From assembly GCA_003240625.1 (NCBI GenBank), contig QFMX01000007.1, forward strand, positions 84,623 through 148,622: DNA of 64,000 nucleotides. The letters are read 5' to 3'. A model generated the notes under the pieces. That model saw only the letters and a list, made by a program, of their open reading frames with translations, had not been told where the DNA came from and made no database searches. Position 1 is the first letter of the stretch; each line of letters opens with the position of its first letter. This DNA comes from Sphingomonas taxi (GTDB lineage: Bacteria > Pseudomonadota > Alphaproteobacteria > Sphingomonadales > Sphingomonadaceae). The translations under genes were made by a program, and so were the position numbers. Positions 28,957 through 39,162 of this stretch are shown piece by piece.

Positions 28957-30114
28957 ATGCGGGACTTCGATATCGTCATCTACGGTGCGACCGGCTTCAC
29001 CGGACGGTTGGTCGCCGAATATCTCGTCCAGACCTACCCGAGCGGCGTTCGCTGGGCGATGGCCGGGCGGTCGCTGACAAAGCTCCAGGAGGTCCGCGAT
29101 CTGATCGGTGCGCCCGCCGACACGCCGCTGATCACTGCCGACTCGGACACTCCCGCCAGCCTCCGCGCGATGGCGGAGCGGGCCACCGTCGTCATTTCCA
29201 CGGTCGGACCATACCAGCTTTACGGTTCCCACCTTGTCGCCGCCTGCGCTGCAACCGGAACCGGGTATGTCGACTTGTGCGGCGAGCCTGCCTGGATGCG
29301 CCACATGATCGACGCGCACGAAGGCGAGGCGACGCGGACCGGCGCGCGGATCGTGTTCTCGTGCGGCTTCGACAGCATCCCGTTCGATCTCGGCGTGCTG
29401 ACGTTACAGGACGCCGCGAAGGCCAAATACGGCATCCCTGCGCCGCGCGTGAAAGGCCGCGTGCGCAAAATGCAGGGCACGTTCTCGGGCGGCACTGCCG
29501 CCAGCCTCAAGGCGACGCTTGCCGCCGCCGCGCGTGATCCGGGCATCGTCAAGCTGCTGACCAGTCCGTTCGCGCTGACGCCGGGCTTCAGCGGCCCGCA
29601 CCAGCCGACCGGGCTGATCCCCGAATACGACACGACCATCTCCGCGTGGGTAGCACCGTTCGTGATGGCGCCGATCAACACCAAGAACGTCCACCGCACC
29701 AATTTCCTGCTCGGCGAGGCCTATGGCGCGGACTTCGTCTATGACGAGATGATGGTCGCCGGCCTCGGCGATCTCGGCAAGGTGGCGGCCGAGGCGATCG
29801 CGAAGTTCAACCCGTTCTCGGGCGACAAGGGCCCCAAGCCCGGCGAGGGACCATCGAAGGAAGAACGCGACGCAGGCCATTACGACCTGCTGTTCGTCGG
29901 CCTGATGCCCGACGGCGAGCGGATCGATGCGGTCGTCACGGGCGACCGCGATCCCGGCTATGGCTCGACCAGCAAAATGATCGCCGAGGCGGGGCTGTGC
30001 CTCGTGCAGGACGTCGAGGGCGACGGCGGGATCTGGACGCCGGGCGCGCTGATGGGCACGAAACTGCGCGATCGGTTGGTGGCAAAGGCGGGGCTGAGCT
30101 TTACGGTCGGGTAA
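28957..30114 (+). CDS. Saccharopine dehydrogenase-like oxidoreductase
   Basis: YGATGFTG, TVGPY, YVDLCGE, CGFDSIP and DPGYGST motifs. SD AGGAGG. Confidence 0.9.
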   Translation: MRDFDIVIYGATGFTGRLVAEYLVQTYPSGVRWAMAGRSLTKLQEVRDLIGAPADTPLITADSDTPASLRAMAERATVVISTVGPYQLYGSHLVAACAATGTGYVDLCGEPAWMRHMIDAHEGEATRTGARIVFSCGFDSIPFDLGVLTLQDAAKAKYGIPAPRVKGRVRKMQGTFSGGTAASLKATLAAAARDPGIVKLLTSPFALTPGFSGPHQPTGLIPEYDTTISAWVAPFVMAPINTKNVHRTNFLLGEAYGADFVYDEMMVAGLGDLGKVAAEAIAKFNPFSGDKGPKPGEGPSKEERDAGHYDLLFVGLMPDGERIDAVVTGDRDPGYGSTSKMIAEAGLCLVQDVEGDGGIWTPGALMGTKLRDRLVAKAGLSFTVG

Positions 30115-30153
30115 TGTGACGGGGTGTTGCGTCTACTGCTTACCGGCTCACTC

Positions 30154-30238
30154 CGTCACCCCGGACCTGTTCCGGGGGCCACCGATCGGCAAACTCGCCG
30201 GCCGTGGAGTACGCGGAACGGTGGATGCCGGAACCAGC
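30154..30238. repeat. Degenerate CGTC-tagged REP doublet
   Basis: CGTCACCCCGGACCTGTTCCGGGGGCCACCG...CGGTGGATGCCGGAAC. Confidence 0.65.
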
Positions 30239-30285
30239 TCTGTATAACCAATACCGGGCAATTCTGATCAGCGCCTCCGCCCCCG

Positions 30286-30582
30286 TCACTCCGCCAGCGC
30301 GAACACCGTCGCCGCGGCGGCTGCACTGGCGACCACGCCCGAAGTCGCCGCAATCGCCGCGGCCCGCCTGCGCACCGCACCGCGAAATGCACCGAGCCTG
30401 CCTGCGTCGAGATGATAACGCCCCGCGCCGTCGTCGACGATCGCGCCATAGCCGCACAGGCGTCGAAACGTACGCTGGTCAGCCGGTTCATATGCGATCG
30501 CGCGCGCAGCCGTCGTTGCCTTCGCCGCGACGAAATCATTGACGATCCGCCGCCGCGACCGGCCTAGACCTAATCTCCACAT
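30286..30582 (-). CDS. Hypothetical protein with C-terminal hydrophobic segment
   Basis: 98-aa ORF after SD GGGGAG, directly downstream of rnr. Confidence 0.55.
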   Translation of the reverse strand: MWRLGLGRSRRRIVNDFVAAKATTAARAIAYEPADQRTFRRLCGYGAIVDDGAGRYHLDAGRLGAFRGAVRRRAAAIAATSGVVASAAAAATVFALAE

Positions 30583-30633
30583 ACCCGTCTCCCCCGCTCC
30601 GATCTCGCATAACGCGGGGGGCTTGCGCAAATC

Positions 30634-32946
30634 CTAACGCCGTTTGCCCTGATGCCGGATGTTCGCCGGGCGCCCGCGCCGCTTGATCTCGCGTACCGGC
30701 TTGCGTCCCCCGCGCATCGGGGGCGCAGCGCCCTTCCCCTCGGGCATCTCGAACCGCAGCGCGCCCGAAACGGGGTTCGCCTCCGCCAGCCGCAGCTCCA
30801 GCGTCTGGCCTTGCGCGAAGACGTCGCCGCTATGCTCGCCGGTCAGCGTCCGCGCACCCTCGTCGAAGCGGAAATACTCGCCGCCCAGGTCGCGCACCGG
30901 CATCAGGCCATCGCCGCCGATCCCCTCGACCGTCGCAAAGAAGCCGAAATTGGTCACGCCCGTGATCCGCACGTCCATCACCTGCCCGACGCGCTCCGAC
31001 AGGAACGCCGCGACATAGCGGTCGGTGGTGTCGCGCTCCGCCTCCATCGCCCGGCGTTCGAGCCGGCTGATGATCTCGCCGACCGACTCCATGTTGGCCG
31101 CATCGTCTGCCGGCAGCCCGCCCTCGCCGAGCCCATAGGCGGACAACAGCGAGCGATGGACGAGCAGATCGGCATAACGCCGGATCGGCGACGTGAAGTG
31201 CGCGTAACTGCCGAGGCTCAGCCCGAAATGCCCATGATTGCCGGGCGCGTAATAGGCCTGGGTCTGCGTACGGAGGATCTGCTCCATCACCTGCGGCCGA
31301 AAATCGGCATCTCCGATCCGCTCGATGATATGGTTGAAGGTCGCCGGACGCACGACCTGCCCCAGCGCGAACGGCACGTCGAACGTCTCAAGATAGTCCT
31401 TCAGCGCCATCAACTTCTCGCGGCTGGGCGGCTCGTGGATGCGGTACATGACCGGCGCCTTCTTCGCCTCGAGCGCCTTGGCGGCGGCGACGTTGGCGGC
31501 GATCATATAGTCCTCGATCAGCCGGTGCGCATCGAGCCGCTCGCGCGGCGATACCGACATAATCCGACCCTTCTCGTCGAGCACGACACGACGTTCGGGC
31601 AGATCGAGATCGAGCGGCGCACGCGCATCACGCGCCTTGGCCAACGCATGCCAGCAGGCCCAGAGGGGCTGGAGCACCGCCAACATATCTCCCCTCCCGT
31701 CTACGGGAGGGGGCGGGGAAGGCGCTTCCTGACCCTCGGCTGCATCTAGCGGCGCACCGCCCTCTCCCGACCGCTCCCGCAAGACGGGAGGGGAGAAAGA
31801 GTCGATGATTGCCTGCGCCTCTTCATACGCCAGGTTCGCCGCGATGCGCACGACCGCCCGCGTAAACCGCCACGACTTCAGCGTCCCATCCTTGCCGATC
31901 CGCAAATGACACGCGAGCGCCGCGCGGTCCGCGCCCTCCTTCAGCGAGCACACCTCGGCCGACAGGATCTCGGGCAGCATCGGCACGACGCGATCGGGGA
32001 AATACACCGAGTTTCCGCGCCGCCGCGCCTCGCGGTCGACCTCCGACTTGGGCCGCACATAGAAACTCACATCGGCGATCGCGACAATCGCCTTCCACCC
32101 GCCAGCGTTGCAGGGATCGTCATCGGCCTCCGCCCACACCGCATCGTCATGATCCCGCGCATCCTCGGGATCGATCGCGACGATTGGCAGGTCGCGCAGA
32201 TCCTCGCGGCCCTCCCCAAGCGGCAATTTCGACACGCGCTCCGCCTCGTCGAGCGCCTCCTGCGAAAAGACATCCGGAATGCCGAGCTTGTGGATTGCGA
32301 TCAGCGAGAAACTCCGCGCCGCAAACGGGTCGCCCAGCTTCGACACGACGCGCGCGGCGATCTTCGGCGGCTTGCCCGCAAGTTCCGCCAGCACGAGATC
32401 GCCCGGCGCCGCACCGCCCGCATCCGCCACGGCGAACTCCCGGCGCTCGCGCTTGTCGACGCCGGTCAGCCACAGCCGCCCGCCGTCCTCGCGCAACACG
32501 CCAAGCACCTGCTCGGATGCGGGCGCGAGCACCTTCATCGGATGCGCGACCCAGCCGTTCCCAGCCTCCTCGGTCCGCGCAAGGATCCGCTCGCCGACTC
32601 CGAGCGCACCACGCTTGCGCTCGCGCACCCGCAGCCGAGGCGGCGGGATACCCTCCGCTTCCCAACGTTCGGGTACCGCCCACACGTTGCCGCCATCGTC
32701 GACATCGGCGATCCGCAGCACCGTCACCTTCGGGATACCGCCCATCTTGTGGAACGCGCGTCCGGGCGCGCTGTCGATCAGCCCCTCGTCGGCCATGTCC
32801 TTGAGCAGCGCCTTCAGCCCGATCTTGTCCTGCGCGCTGAGCCCGAAGCCCTTGGCGATCTCGCGCTTGCCCGCGGGCACGTCGGAAGTGGCGATGAAGT
32901 CGAGGATCTGCTCGCGCGTCGGAAGACCGGCTTTTGGTTTGTACAT
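30634..32946 (-). CDS. rnr: Ribonuclease R
   Basis: IDPEDARDHDDA, AIADVS, HFTSPIRRYADL and a C-terminal S1 domain. Confidence 0.95.
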   Translation of the reverse strand: MYKPKAGLPTREQILDFIATSDVPAGKREIAKGFGLSAQDKIGLKALLKDMADEGLIDSAPGRAFHKMGGIPKVTVLRIADVDDGGNVWAVPERWEAEGIPPPRLRVRERKRGALGVGERILARTEEAGNGWVAHPMKVLAPASEQVLGVLREDGGRLWLTGVDKRERREFAVADAGGAAPGDLVLAELAGKPPKIAARVVSKLGDPFAARSFSLIAIHKLGIPDVFSQEALDEAERVSKLPLGEGREDLRDLPIVAIDPEDARDHDDAVWAEADDDPCNAGGWKAIVAIADVSFYVRPKSEVDREARRRGNSVYFPDRVVPMLPEILSAEVCSLKEGADRAALACHLRIGKDGTLKSWRFTRAVVRIAANLAYEEAQAIIDSFSPPVLRERSGEGGAPLDAAEGQEAPSPPPPVDGRGDMLAVLQPLWACWHALAKARDARAPLDLDLPERRVVLDEKGRIMSVSPRERLDAHRLIEDYMIAANVAAAKALEAKKAPVMYRIHEPPSREKLMALKDYLETFDVPFALGQVVRPATFNHIIERIGDADFRPQVMEQILRTQTQAYYAPGNHGHFGLSLGSYAHFTSPIRRYADLLVHRSLLSAYGLGEGGLPADDAANMESVGEIISRLERRAMEAERDTTDRYVAAFLSERVGQVMDVRITGVTNFGFFATVEGIGGDGLMPVRDLGGEYFRFDEGARTLTGEHSGDVFAQGQTLELRLAEANPVSGALRFEMPEGKGAAPPMRGGRKPVREIKRRGRPANIRHQGKRR
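31688..31796. mobile_element. Family A palindromic element inserted in frame in rnr
   Basis: TCTCCCCTCCCGTCTACGGGAGGGG...CTCCCGCAAGACGGGAGGGGAGA. Translated as SPPVLRERSGEG...PPVDGRGD. Confidence 0.85.
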
Positions 32947-33200
32947 GGCACAGAGATAAGGACGCCGACCCGTTCCGTCACCCCGGAACCGCTCCGCCAT
33001 TCCGCCGTAGCGCGCCGACCGCTGGAACGACGCGCGATCGGGCGGGAGCGGCTGCGTATCATCGAACCGGTACGCCGAGCTCCCGAAGTGAACCAAACCG
33101 ATACGCCATATTTTCGAGTAATCGGTACGCAACCTTGCTTTAACGCTTGCAACACACCCAGATCGGCATAGTCTGTTGAAAACAGCATAGGAGAGAGATC

Positions 33201-33470
33201 ATGGCAATGTCCCTGAAACTCGAAGCGGACCCCGAGGACAAGAACCTCGTCATCCTGCAGAGCCTTATCTGCCTGCTGCGCGAGAAGAATATACTGTCGC
33301 GCGCGGATATCGAGGAACTGTGCGACAAGGTCCAGGCGCGGGTCGTCAATCATGACAGCGATCCGCTGCCCTGCCAGATGGAAGGCGCACGTGCCGCAGC
33401 AACCGAAGTCGCGCAGATCGGCGACTATATCGGGCGTAAATACGGCGGGAAGCACCGTCGTTCGCTGTAA
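33201..33470 (+). CDS. Hypothetical protein (89 aa)
   Basis: SD AGGAGAG and protein-like composition. Confidence 0.75.
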   Translation: MAMSLKLEADPEDKNLVILQSLICLLREKNILSRADIEELCDKVQARVVNHDSDPLPCQMEGARAAATEVAQIGDYIGRKYGGKHRRSL

Positions 33471-33489
33471 CGCAGCAGACCGATAACGA

Positions 33490-33812
33490 ATGACAGGGGA
33501 TAGCCACGCGGCGCCAACTGGCCGCCAGCGACCTCAGTTATCGCCGGTGCAGGTAAAGATCTCCCCATAAGGCCGAACGGACGGACACAGCGGGTCTTCG
33601 AATCGGCTATCTAGTGTCGATTGGTCGGCCGTCGCCAGTTACGCTGCGATCCCGTAGACCTACGGTTGATGACCAGTGATCTCTGCCGCCGTCCGTTGAA
33701 AGCTCGACCGCTCCCGCACCAACGCCACAGGGTCCAAACTCACTCGCTACGTAGCCCGGGCCTGGCCCCCGCCCCGCGGGAGACTTAGGTGGTCAATCAG
33801 CCAGCGACCTCA
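33490..33812 (-). mobile_element. Structured noncoding segment, possible IS110-family non-autonomous remnant
   Basis: No ORF. Nested inverted repeats. 13-bp direct repeat GCCAGCGACCTCA at 33524 and 33800. A minus-strand motif resembles IS110 left ends from memory only. Confidence 0.35.
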
Positions 33813-34532
33813 ACTCGCAACGAAGCACGTCTCGCCCGCCACGCGCAACCGGCCGCAGATGTCAGCGGCCTGGTTCGCGCTGCCCGCATTGACGCGCAGC
33901 CGATACAGCGTGCGCCCACCCGTCGCGACCGGCTGGACCGACTTACCCAGCGCCGCGATATAGGCGAACCGCTTCGAGAAATTCGTCCATGCCGCGTTCG
34001 CGACGGCCTCGCTCGGATAGGCGCCGAGCTGTACCAGCGAGCCACCGGTCGCCGCATTCGCGGTGCCCGAGCGTGACGGCGCCATCGGTGCGGCGGCGAC
34101 CAGACGGCCGCTCGAGGCCGGCACCTGTGCGACGGCGTTGCGACCTGCCACGTCGGAGGTCTTGGGCGCCACCGCACGCTTGCCGTCGACCGGGGCTTCC
34201 GGCACGCCGCGCAGGTCGATCGCGCCATTGCCCGACTTGCCCGCGCTCGTCGCGATGGCCGAGTCGCCCTCGCCCTTGACCTTCAGACCGCCGGCATCGT
34301 CGGGCTTGACCTTATAGTCGCCCTCTTGCGCGGCGATCAGCTGGCCGTCGCCCGTGGGTGTGCGCTGTTGCAGCTTGTAGATGCCGAAAATGATCGCTGC
34401 GAGCACCGCCAGCCCGAGTACGACCAGCGCGATCACGCGGCCGATGCCGACCGTGTCCTGCTCGTCCGGCTCGACGGTTTCGAGCCAGGGGAGCCGGTCT
34501 TCCTCGCGCAGATCCATGTCGTCGGCCATCAC
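33810..34532 (-). CDS. SPOR domain protein (FtsN-like)
   Basis: DRLPWLE, one TM, C-terminal VQLGAY...YRLRV...CFV SPOR domain. Directly after argS. Confidence 0.85.
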   Translation of the reverse strand: MMADDMDLREEDRLPWLETVEPDEQDTVGIGRVIALVVLGLAVLAAIIFGIYKLQQRTPTGDGQLIAAQEGDYKVKPDDAGGLKVKGEGDSAIATSAGKSGNGAIDLRGVPEAPVDGKRAVAPKTSDVAGRNAVAQVPASSGRLVAAAPMAPSRSGTANAATGGSLVQLGAYPSEAVANAAWTNFSKRFAYIAALGKSVQPVATGGRTLYRLRVNAGSANQAADICGRLRVAGETCFVAS

Positions 34533-36253
34533 TTCATCTCCGAAACCGCTTCGACACCCATGATGGCGAGGCCATTATGAATAATCTGCCCTATAGCGGA
34601 CGCCAAGAAAAGCCGTGCGGCCGTCGCCTGCGGATCCTCGATCACAAGGAAGCGGCGATCGGGACGGTCGTTGCCGACATTCCACAGCGCATGGAAGGCC
34701 GCCGCCAAGTCATAGAGATAGAACGCGATTCTATGCGGCTCGCGCGCCGTGGAGGCGATCTCGACGAGCCGTGGAAACTGCGCGGCGAGCTGGACCAGCG
34801 CCAGTTCGTCCGTATCAAGCCGGGACAAATCAGCGGAAATCGGCGTAATTCCCGCCTCTTCCGCGCGCCGATGGAGCGATGCGATGCGGGCATGCGCGTA
34901 CTGGACGTAGAAAACCGGGTTGTCCTTCGACGCCTCGACCACCTTGGCGAAGTCGAAATCCATCTGCGCATCGGAGCGCCGCGTCAGCATCGTGAAGCGT
35001 ACGACGTCCTTGCCGACCTCGCGCACGACGTCGGCCAGCGTGACGAAATTGCCCGAGCGCTTCGACATCTTGACCGGCTCGCCGTTGCGCAACAGCCGGA
35101 CCATCTGGACCAGCTTCACGTCGAACCGCGTCTTGCCGCCGGTCAGCGCCGCCACCGCCGCGACGATCCGCTTCACCGTGCCGCCATGATCCGCGCCCCA
35201 GATGTCGATCAGCTGATCGGCGCTCTGGCTCTTCTGGAAATGATAAGCGAGATCGGCACCGAAATAGGTCCACGACCCGTTCGACTTCTTGATCGGGCGG
35301 TCCTGGTCGTCACCGAACTGCGTCGAGCGGAACAGCGGCAGCTCGACCGGCTCCCAATCGTCCGGCGTCTCGCCCTTCGGCGCTTCGAGCACACCGTCAT
35401 AGACGAGATCGCGCGACCGCAGCTCCGCCTCGGCCGCTTCGGGCTTCTTTGCGGCTTGAAGCTCGGCTTCTGACGAGAACACCTCGTGCTCGATGCCGAG
35501 CAGCGCGAGATCGGCGCGGATCATCACCATCATGGCCGCGACCGCCTGCGTGCGGAAGACGGCGAGCCATTCGCTCTCGGGCGCGCCGACATACCGGTCG
35601 CCGAACTCCTTTGCGAGCGACTGGCCGACGGGGACGAGATAGTCGCCGGGATACAGACCCTCGGGGATCTCGACCGTCTCGCCGAGCGCCTCGCGGTAGC
35701 GCAGGTGGACCGAGCGGGCGAGGACGTCGACCTGACCGCCGGCGTCGTTGACGTAATATTCGCGGATTACCCGGTGGCCAGCGAATTCGAGCAGGCTGGC
35801 GAGCGCATCGCCGACCACCGCACCCCGGCAATGCCCCATGTGCATCGGTCCGGTCGGGTTGGCCGAGACATATTCGATATTGACGGTAATCCCTGCGCCT
35901 TGCGTCGACCGGCCATAATCGGCGCCTGCCGCGGGGATCGCCGCCAGTTCGGCGCGCCACGCGTCGTCGGTCAGCTTCATGTTGATGAAGCCGGGTCCCG
36001 CGACGCTCGCCGACGCGACGTCCTCGAGCTTCGCCAGCTCGACGACCAGCGCATCGGCCAGCACGCGCGGATTGGTCTTGGCGGGCTTGGCCAGCACCAT
36101 CGCGGCGTTGGTCGCGAGATCGCCGTGGCTCGTGTCGCGCGGCGGCTCGACCGTCACGTTCTTGCGGTCGAGGCCCGTCGGCAGCGTCCCCGCCGCGGTC
36201 AGCGTGTCGAGCGCCGCATCGATATGCGCGGCGAAACGGGCGTAGAGCGTCAT
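34529..36253 (-). CDS. argS: Arginine--tRNA ligase
   Basis: SANPTGPMHMGH, KMSKR and YVQYAHAR motifs. Confidence 0.96.
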   Translation of the reverse strand: MTLYARFAAHIDAALDTLTAAGTLPTGLDRKNVTVEPPRDTSHGDLATNAAMVLAKPAKTNPRVLADALVVELAKLEDVASASVAGPGFINMKLTDDAWRAELAAIPAAGADYGRSTQGAGITVNIEYVSANPTGPMHMGHCRGAVVGDALASLLEFAGHRVIREYYVNDAGGQVDVLARSVHLRYREALGETVEIPEGLYPGDYLVPVGQSLAKEFGDRYVGAPESEWLAVFRTQAVAAMMVMIRADLALLGIEHEVFSSEAELQAAKKPEAAEAELRSRDLVYDGVLEAPKGETPDDWEPVELPLFRSTQFGDDQDRPIKKSNGSWTYFGADLAYHFQKSQSADQLIDIWGADHGGTVKRIVAAVAALTGGKTRFDVKLVQMVRLLRNGEPVKMSKRSGNFVTLADVVREVGKDVVRFTMLTRRSDAQMDFDFAKVVEASKDNPVFYVQYAHARIASLHRRAEEAGITPISADLSRLDTDELALVQLAAQFPRLVEIASTAREPHRIAFYLYDLAAAFHALWNVGNDRPDRRFLVIEDPQATAARLFLASAIGQIIHNGLAIMGVEAVSEMK

Positions 36254-36371
36254 GGCAATTCCGGTATCACAAGGAAGCGCGCGCTCTAGACCATAGCGGC
36301 ACGGCGCTCAATTTTAATCCCGTCGCGCAGACGCGGTCAGTTCCCGTCCGCTACAATGAAACGCATTCACG

Positions 36372-36447
36372 GTTCCCCCGCGGACGCGGGGGCCCAGCTA
36401 AACCACGGGCCCCGCGAGATCCTGGGCCCCCGCGTTCGCGAGGGAAC
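36372..36447. repeat. REP-like palindromic doublet (family C variant)
   Basis: GTTCCCCCGCGGACGCGGGGGCCCAG...CTGGGCCCCCGCGTTCGCGAGGGAAC. Confidence 0.8.
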
Positions 36448-36481
36448 AGAAGTGTGGCGGGGTAAGATGGAAAGATCAGCG

Positions 36482-37636
36482 TCAAACCCGCACCAAACCC
36501 TCGACCGCGGCCGTCTTCGCGCTCGCCGGGAACAGCGCCGCCATCGCCCGCGCCGGCTCGATGCCGAAATGCGACGACACCGCCCCGCCGATGAACGCAT
36601 CCAGCTGCATCGTCGGCTTCAGATCGCGCGCCTCGTACAGCGCGGCGGGGGCCAGCCCCGGCCAGTCCGACACGACCCGCCCGCCCTTCACCGCGCCCCC
36701 GAACAGCATCGCCGCCGTACCCGTCCCGTGATCGGTGCCGCCGGTGCCGTTCACCGCCACCGTCCGCCCGAACTCGGTCGCGACGAGCACCATCGTGTCC
36801 GCCCATAACGGCCCCAGCCCCGCCTGCAGCGACGCGACCATCGCATCCAGGCCCTTCAACTGTGCCGCGAGCCGCCCGCGCTGGCCGGTATGCGTATCCC
36901 AGCCACCCGTCTCGATCATCGCGATCCGCGCGCCATTCTCGGGCTTGAGCAACCGTGCAGCCAGCGCGCCGGTCGCGGCGGCATTACGGCCACCGTCCTG
37001 GCCGAGATCGCTGGTCAGCTGGCGCGTCGCCATCGCCTCGCTCCACAGCGCATGCAATTGCCGGTCGCCGTCGTACAGCATCGCCACCCGCTGCAGCAGG
37101 TCGTCCGACGCATCCGGCAGGTTCGACGGCGCGTAGGATGCCACCTCACGCCGGCCGCGGAGCGCCATCGGCACGGTCGCCGCCACCGCGATCGCGCGCG
37201 CCTCGTCTGCGGGCAGCACGCCGAGCAGCCGGTTTAGCCACCCGTCGCGCACCTGGTACGCGCTCACGCCCCCGGTCTCGAGCACGTTCTGCCCGTCGAA
37301 ATGCGATCGATCGCGATAGGGCGAGGCGATCGCGTGCGCGAACAGCGCCTGCCCCTGTTTGTAGAGACTCGCGCTCGCCGTCATCGCCGGATGCAGCGCG
37401 AACATCCCGTCGAGCTTCGTCCCCGTGGCGAAGTCGGCTGCAAGCCCGCCGCGGACACCCGCGAATGCCGGATCGCCGACCGCACCGATCGTGCCGAGCC
37501 CATCCGCAGCCCCACGCTGGATGACGAACACGAACCGCTTGTTGGTCGCGGCCCGCGCGAAGGCGATACGCGGGGCGAAGGCGGACGCCAGTACGCCGAG
37601 CGTACCGGTCGAGAGGAAGGAACGACGATCGAGCAT
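36482..37636 (-). CDS. DUF1501 domain protein (Tat-exported)
   Basis: DRRSFL Tat signal. RGAADGL, RSHFDGQ, GGWDTH, TEFGRT and GTDHG motifs. Confidence 0.9.
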   Translation of the reverse strand: MLDRRSFLSTGTLGVLASAFAPRIAFARAATNKRFVFVIQRGAADGLGTIGAVGDPAFAGVRGGLAADFATGTKLDGMFALHPAMTASASLYKQGQALFAHAIASPYRDRSHFDGQNVLETGGVSAYQVRDGWLNRLLGVLPADEARAIAVAATVPMALRGRREVASYAPSNLPDASDDLLQRVAMLYDGDRQLHALWSEAMATRQLTSDLGQDGGRNAAATGALAARLLKPENGARIAMIETGGWDTHTGQRGRLAAQLKGLDAMVASLQAGLGPLWADTMVLVATEFGRTVAVNGTGGTDHGTGTAAMLFGGAVKGGRVVSDWPGLAPAALYEARDLKPTMQLDAFIGGAVSSHFGIEPARAMAALFPASAKTAAVEGLVRV

Positions 37637-37638
37637 GA

Positions 37639-39162
37639 CTATCTCCGCATCGATTCAGGGGCGACGAGCAGCAGAGCGAGCGCCTGCGCCGGACTTTCCG
37701 CACGCGCGAGCGCCTGCGTGGTGGCGGGACTGAGCGAGGCTGGGAACAGCGTCGGCGCCAGTGCACGAGCATCGACCGGCCCGGCCCGCGCGGCAAACCG
37801 CTCCGCCGCCTCCACGCGGCGCAGGATCGCGTCGGGCCCGGCCCAGGCGGCGGCGATATCGTCGTAGCCGACCGGTTGCCCCGGCTTCCACACCGGCTGG
37901 CCGAGCTGGTTCATCATGCCCACCGTCACGCCGGGCTGGACCATGGTCGTGCCAAGCGCGCGCTGCGTCGAGACATACCATTCCCACGGCGATTTGAATT
38001 TGACGGGCTGCGTCACCCACGCTTCGGGGGACGCCACCAACGCGCGATAGACAGTCGGCAGATCGCCGCCCGATCCGAGGAATGCGGCCTGGAGGCGCTT
38101 CACCATCGCCGGCGGCGGCGTGTCGCCCGCGAAATGCCGCGCGAGCTTGGTCGCGATATGGGTCGCGGTCGCCGGATGGACCGCAAGATCGGCCAGCACC
38201 GCCTGCGCCTGCGCCTCGCCTGCCGCGGGATAGCGCTTGCCCATCACGGTCCGGTCGCCCGGCTGATGTACCTCAGCGAGAAACAAGAACGCGCCAGGAC
38301 GCGCGTCATCCTGCATGCGCGCACCCGGCCCGCGACCGATCCCCGCGACCGTCCAGCCGGTCATTGCCCGCGCAAATTCGGTGACATCGCCCTGGGTGTA
38401 CCCGCTGCGGACGCCGAGAGTGTGCAGCTCCATGATTTCACGCGCGAGATTTTCGTTGAGGCCGGTGCGTCGCCGGGGTCGGCGCGCGGCGAACGGACTG
38501 TCGGGGCCGACCGAGACCGCCTGATCGAGATACAGCAGCATCGCCGGATGACGCTCGACCGCGTTCAGCATGTCGGCGAAATTGCCGAGGACGTGCGGGC
38601 GGATCGCCTCGAACTCCATCGGCCCGGCGAGCCCGGTGACTTCGAGCTTGTCGGTCGAAACCGCGAAATGGTTCGCCCAGAAATGCACGAGCCGCTCGAC
38701 GAACGGCGCACCGCTCGTCAGCGCGGCAATCGTTCGGGCCGCAACCGCGCCGCCGTAATCGTCGCGACTCTGCTTGCCGGCGAGTTGCCGCGCGGCGCGC
38801 CGGGCCGCTTCGCCGGGATTGTCTGCGGCTGGACCGGGCATGGCGGGCGGGGCCATCGTGGCTGGCATGGCGGGTGCCGCCATCGGCGTAGAGGTGCCCG
38901 GCGCGTTCATCGGCGCCGCGGCGCCCGGCGCCGGTTTCGGCCTACGAGGTCCGAACTCGGCCCTGATCATCCTCTGCTGCGCAAAATACGTCGCCAGGGT
39001 CGCCGAAACACTCGACGTCGACGGCGCGCTGGCAATTGCTGGAGGCCGCGCATCAAAGCGCTCGCACTGCGCGAGCACCCAATTCGCCGGGTCCCCGGAG
39101 ACGCCCTCACCGGGCCTCGCACCAAGGCCGAACCGATTGAGCGCGATACTGGAAGCAGACAC
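37639..39162 (-). CDS. DUF1800 domain protein
   Basis: LNRFGLG, ERLVHFWANHF, PAMLLYLD and NENLAREIMELHTLG motifs. Confidence 0.9.
   Translation of the reverse strand: MSASSIALNRFGLGARPGEGVSGDPANWVLAQCERFDARPPAIASAPSTSSVSATLATYFAQQRMIRAEFGPRRPKPAPGAAAPMNAPGTSTPMAAPAMPATMAPPAMPGPAADNPGEAARRAARQLAGKQSRDDYGGAVAARTIAALTSGAPFVERLVHFWANHFAVSTDKLEVTGLAGPMEFEAIRPHVLGNFADMLNAVERHPAMLLYLDQAVSVGPDSPFAARRPRRRTGLNENLAREIMELHTLGVRSGYTQGDVTEFARAMTGWTVAGIGRGPGARMQDDARPGAFLFLAEVHQPGDRTVMGKRYPAAGEAQAQAVLADLAVHPATATHIATKLARHFAGDTPPPAMVKRLQAAFLGSGGDLPTVYRALVASPEAWVTQPVKFKSPWEWYVSTQRALGTTMVQPGVTVGMMNQLGQPVWKPGQPVGYDDIAAAWAGPDAILRRVEAAERFAARAGPVDARALAPTLFPASLSPATTQALARAESPAQALALLLVAPESMRR

Noticed and set aside
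33149..33174. Possible ECF promoter before the 89-aa hypothetical gene
   Set aside because: GCAAC is present but the -10 does not match CGTT at the right spacing.
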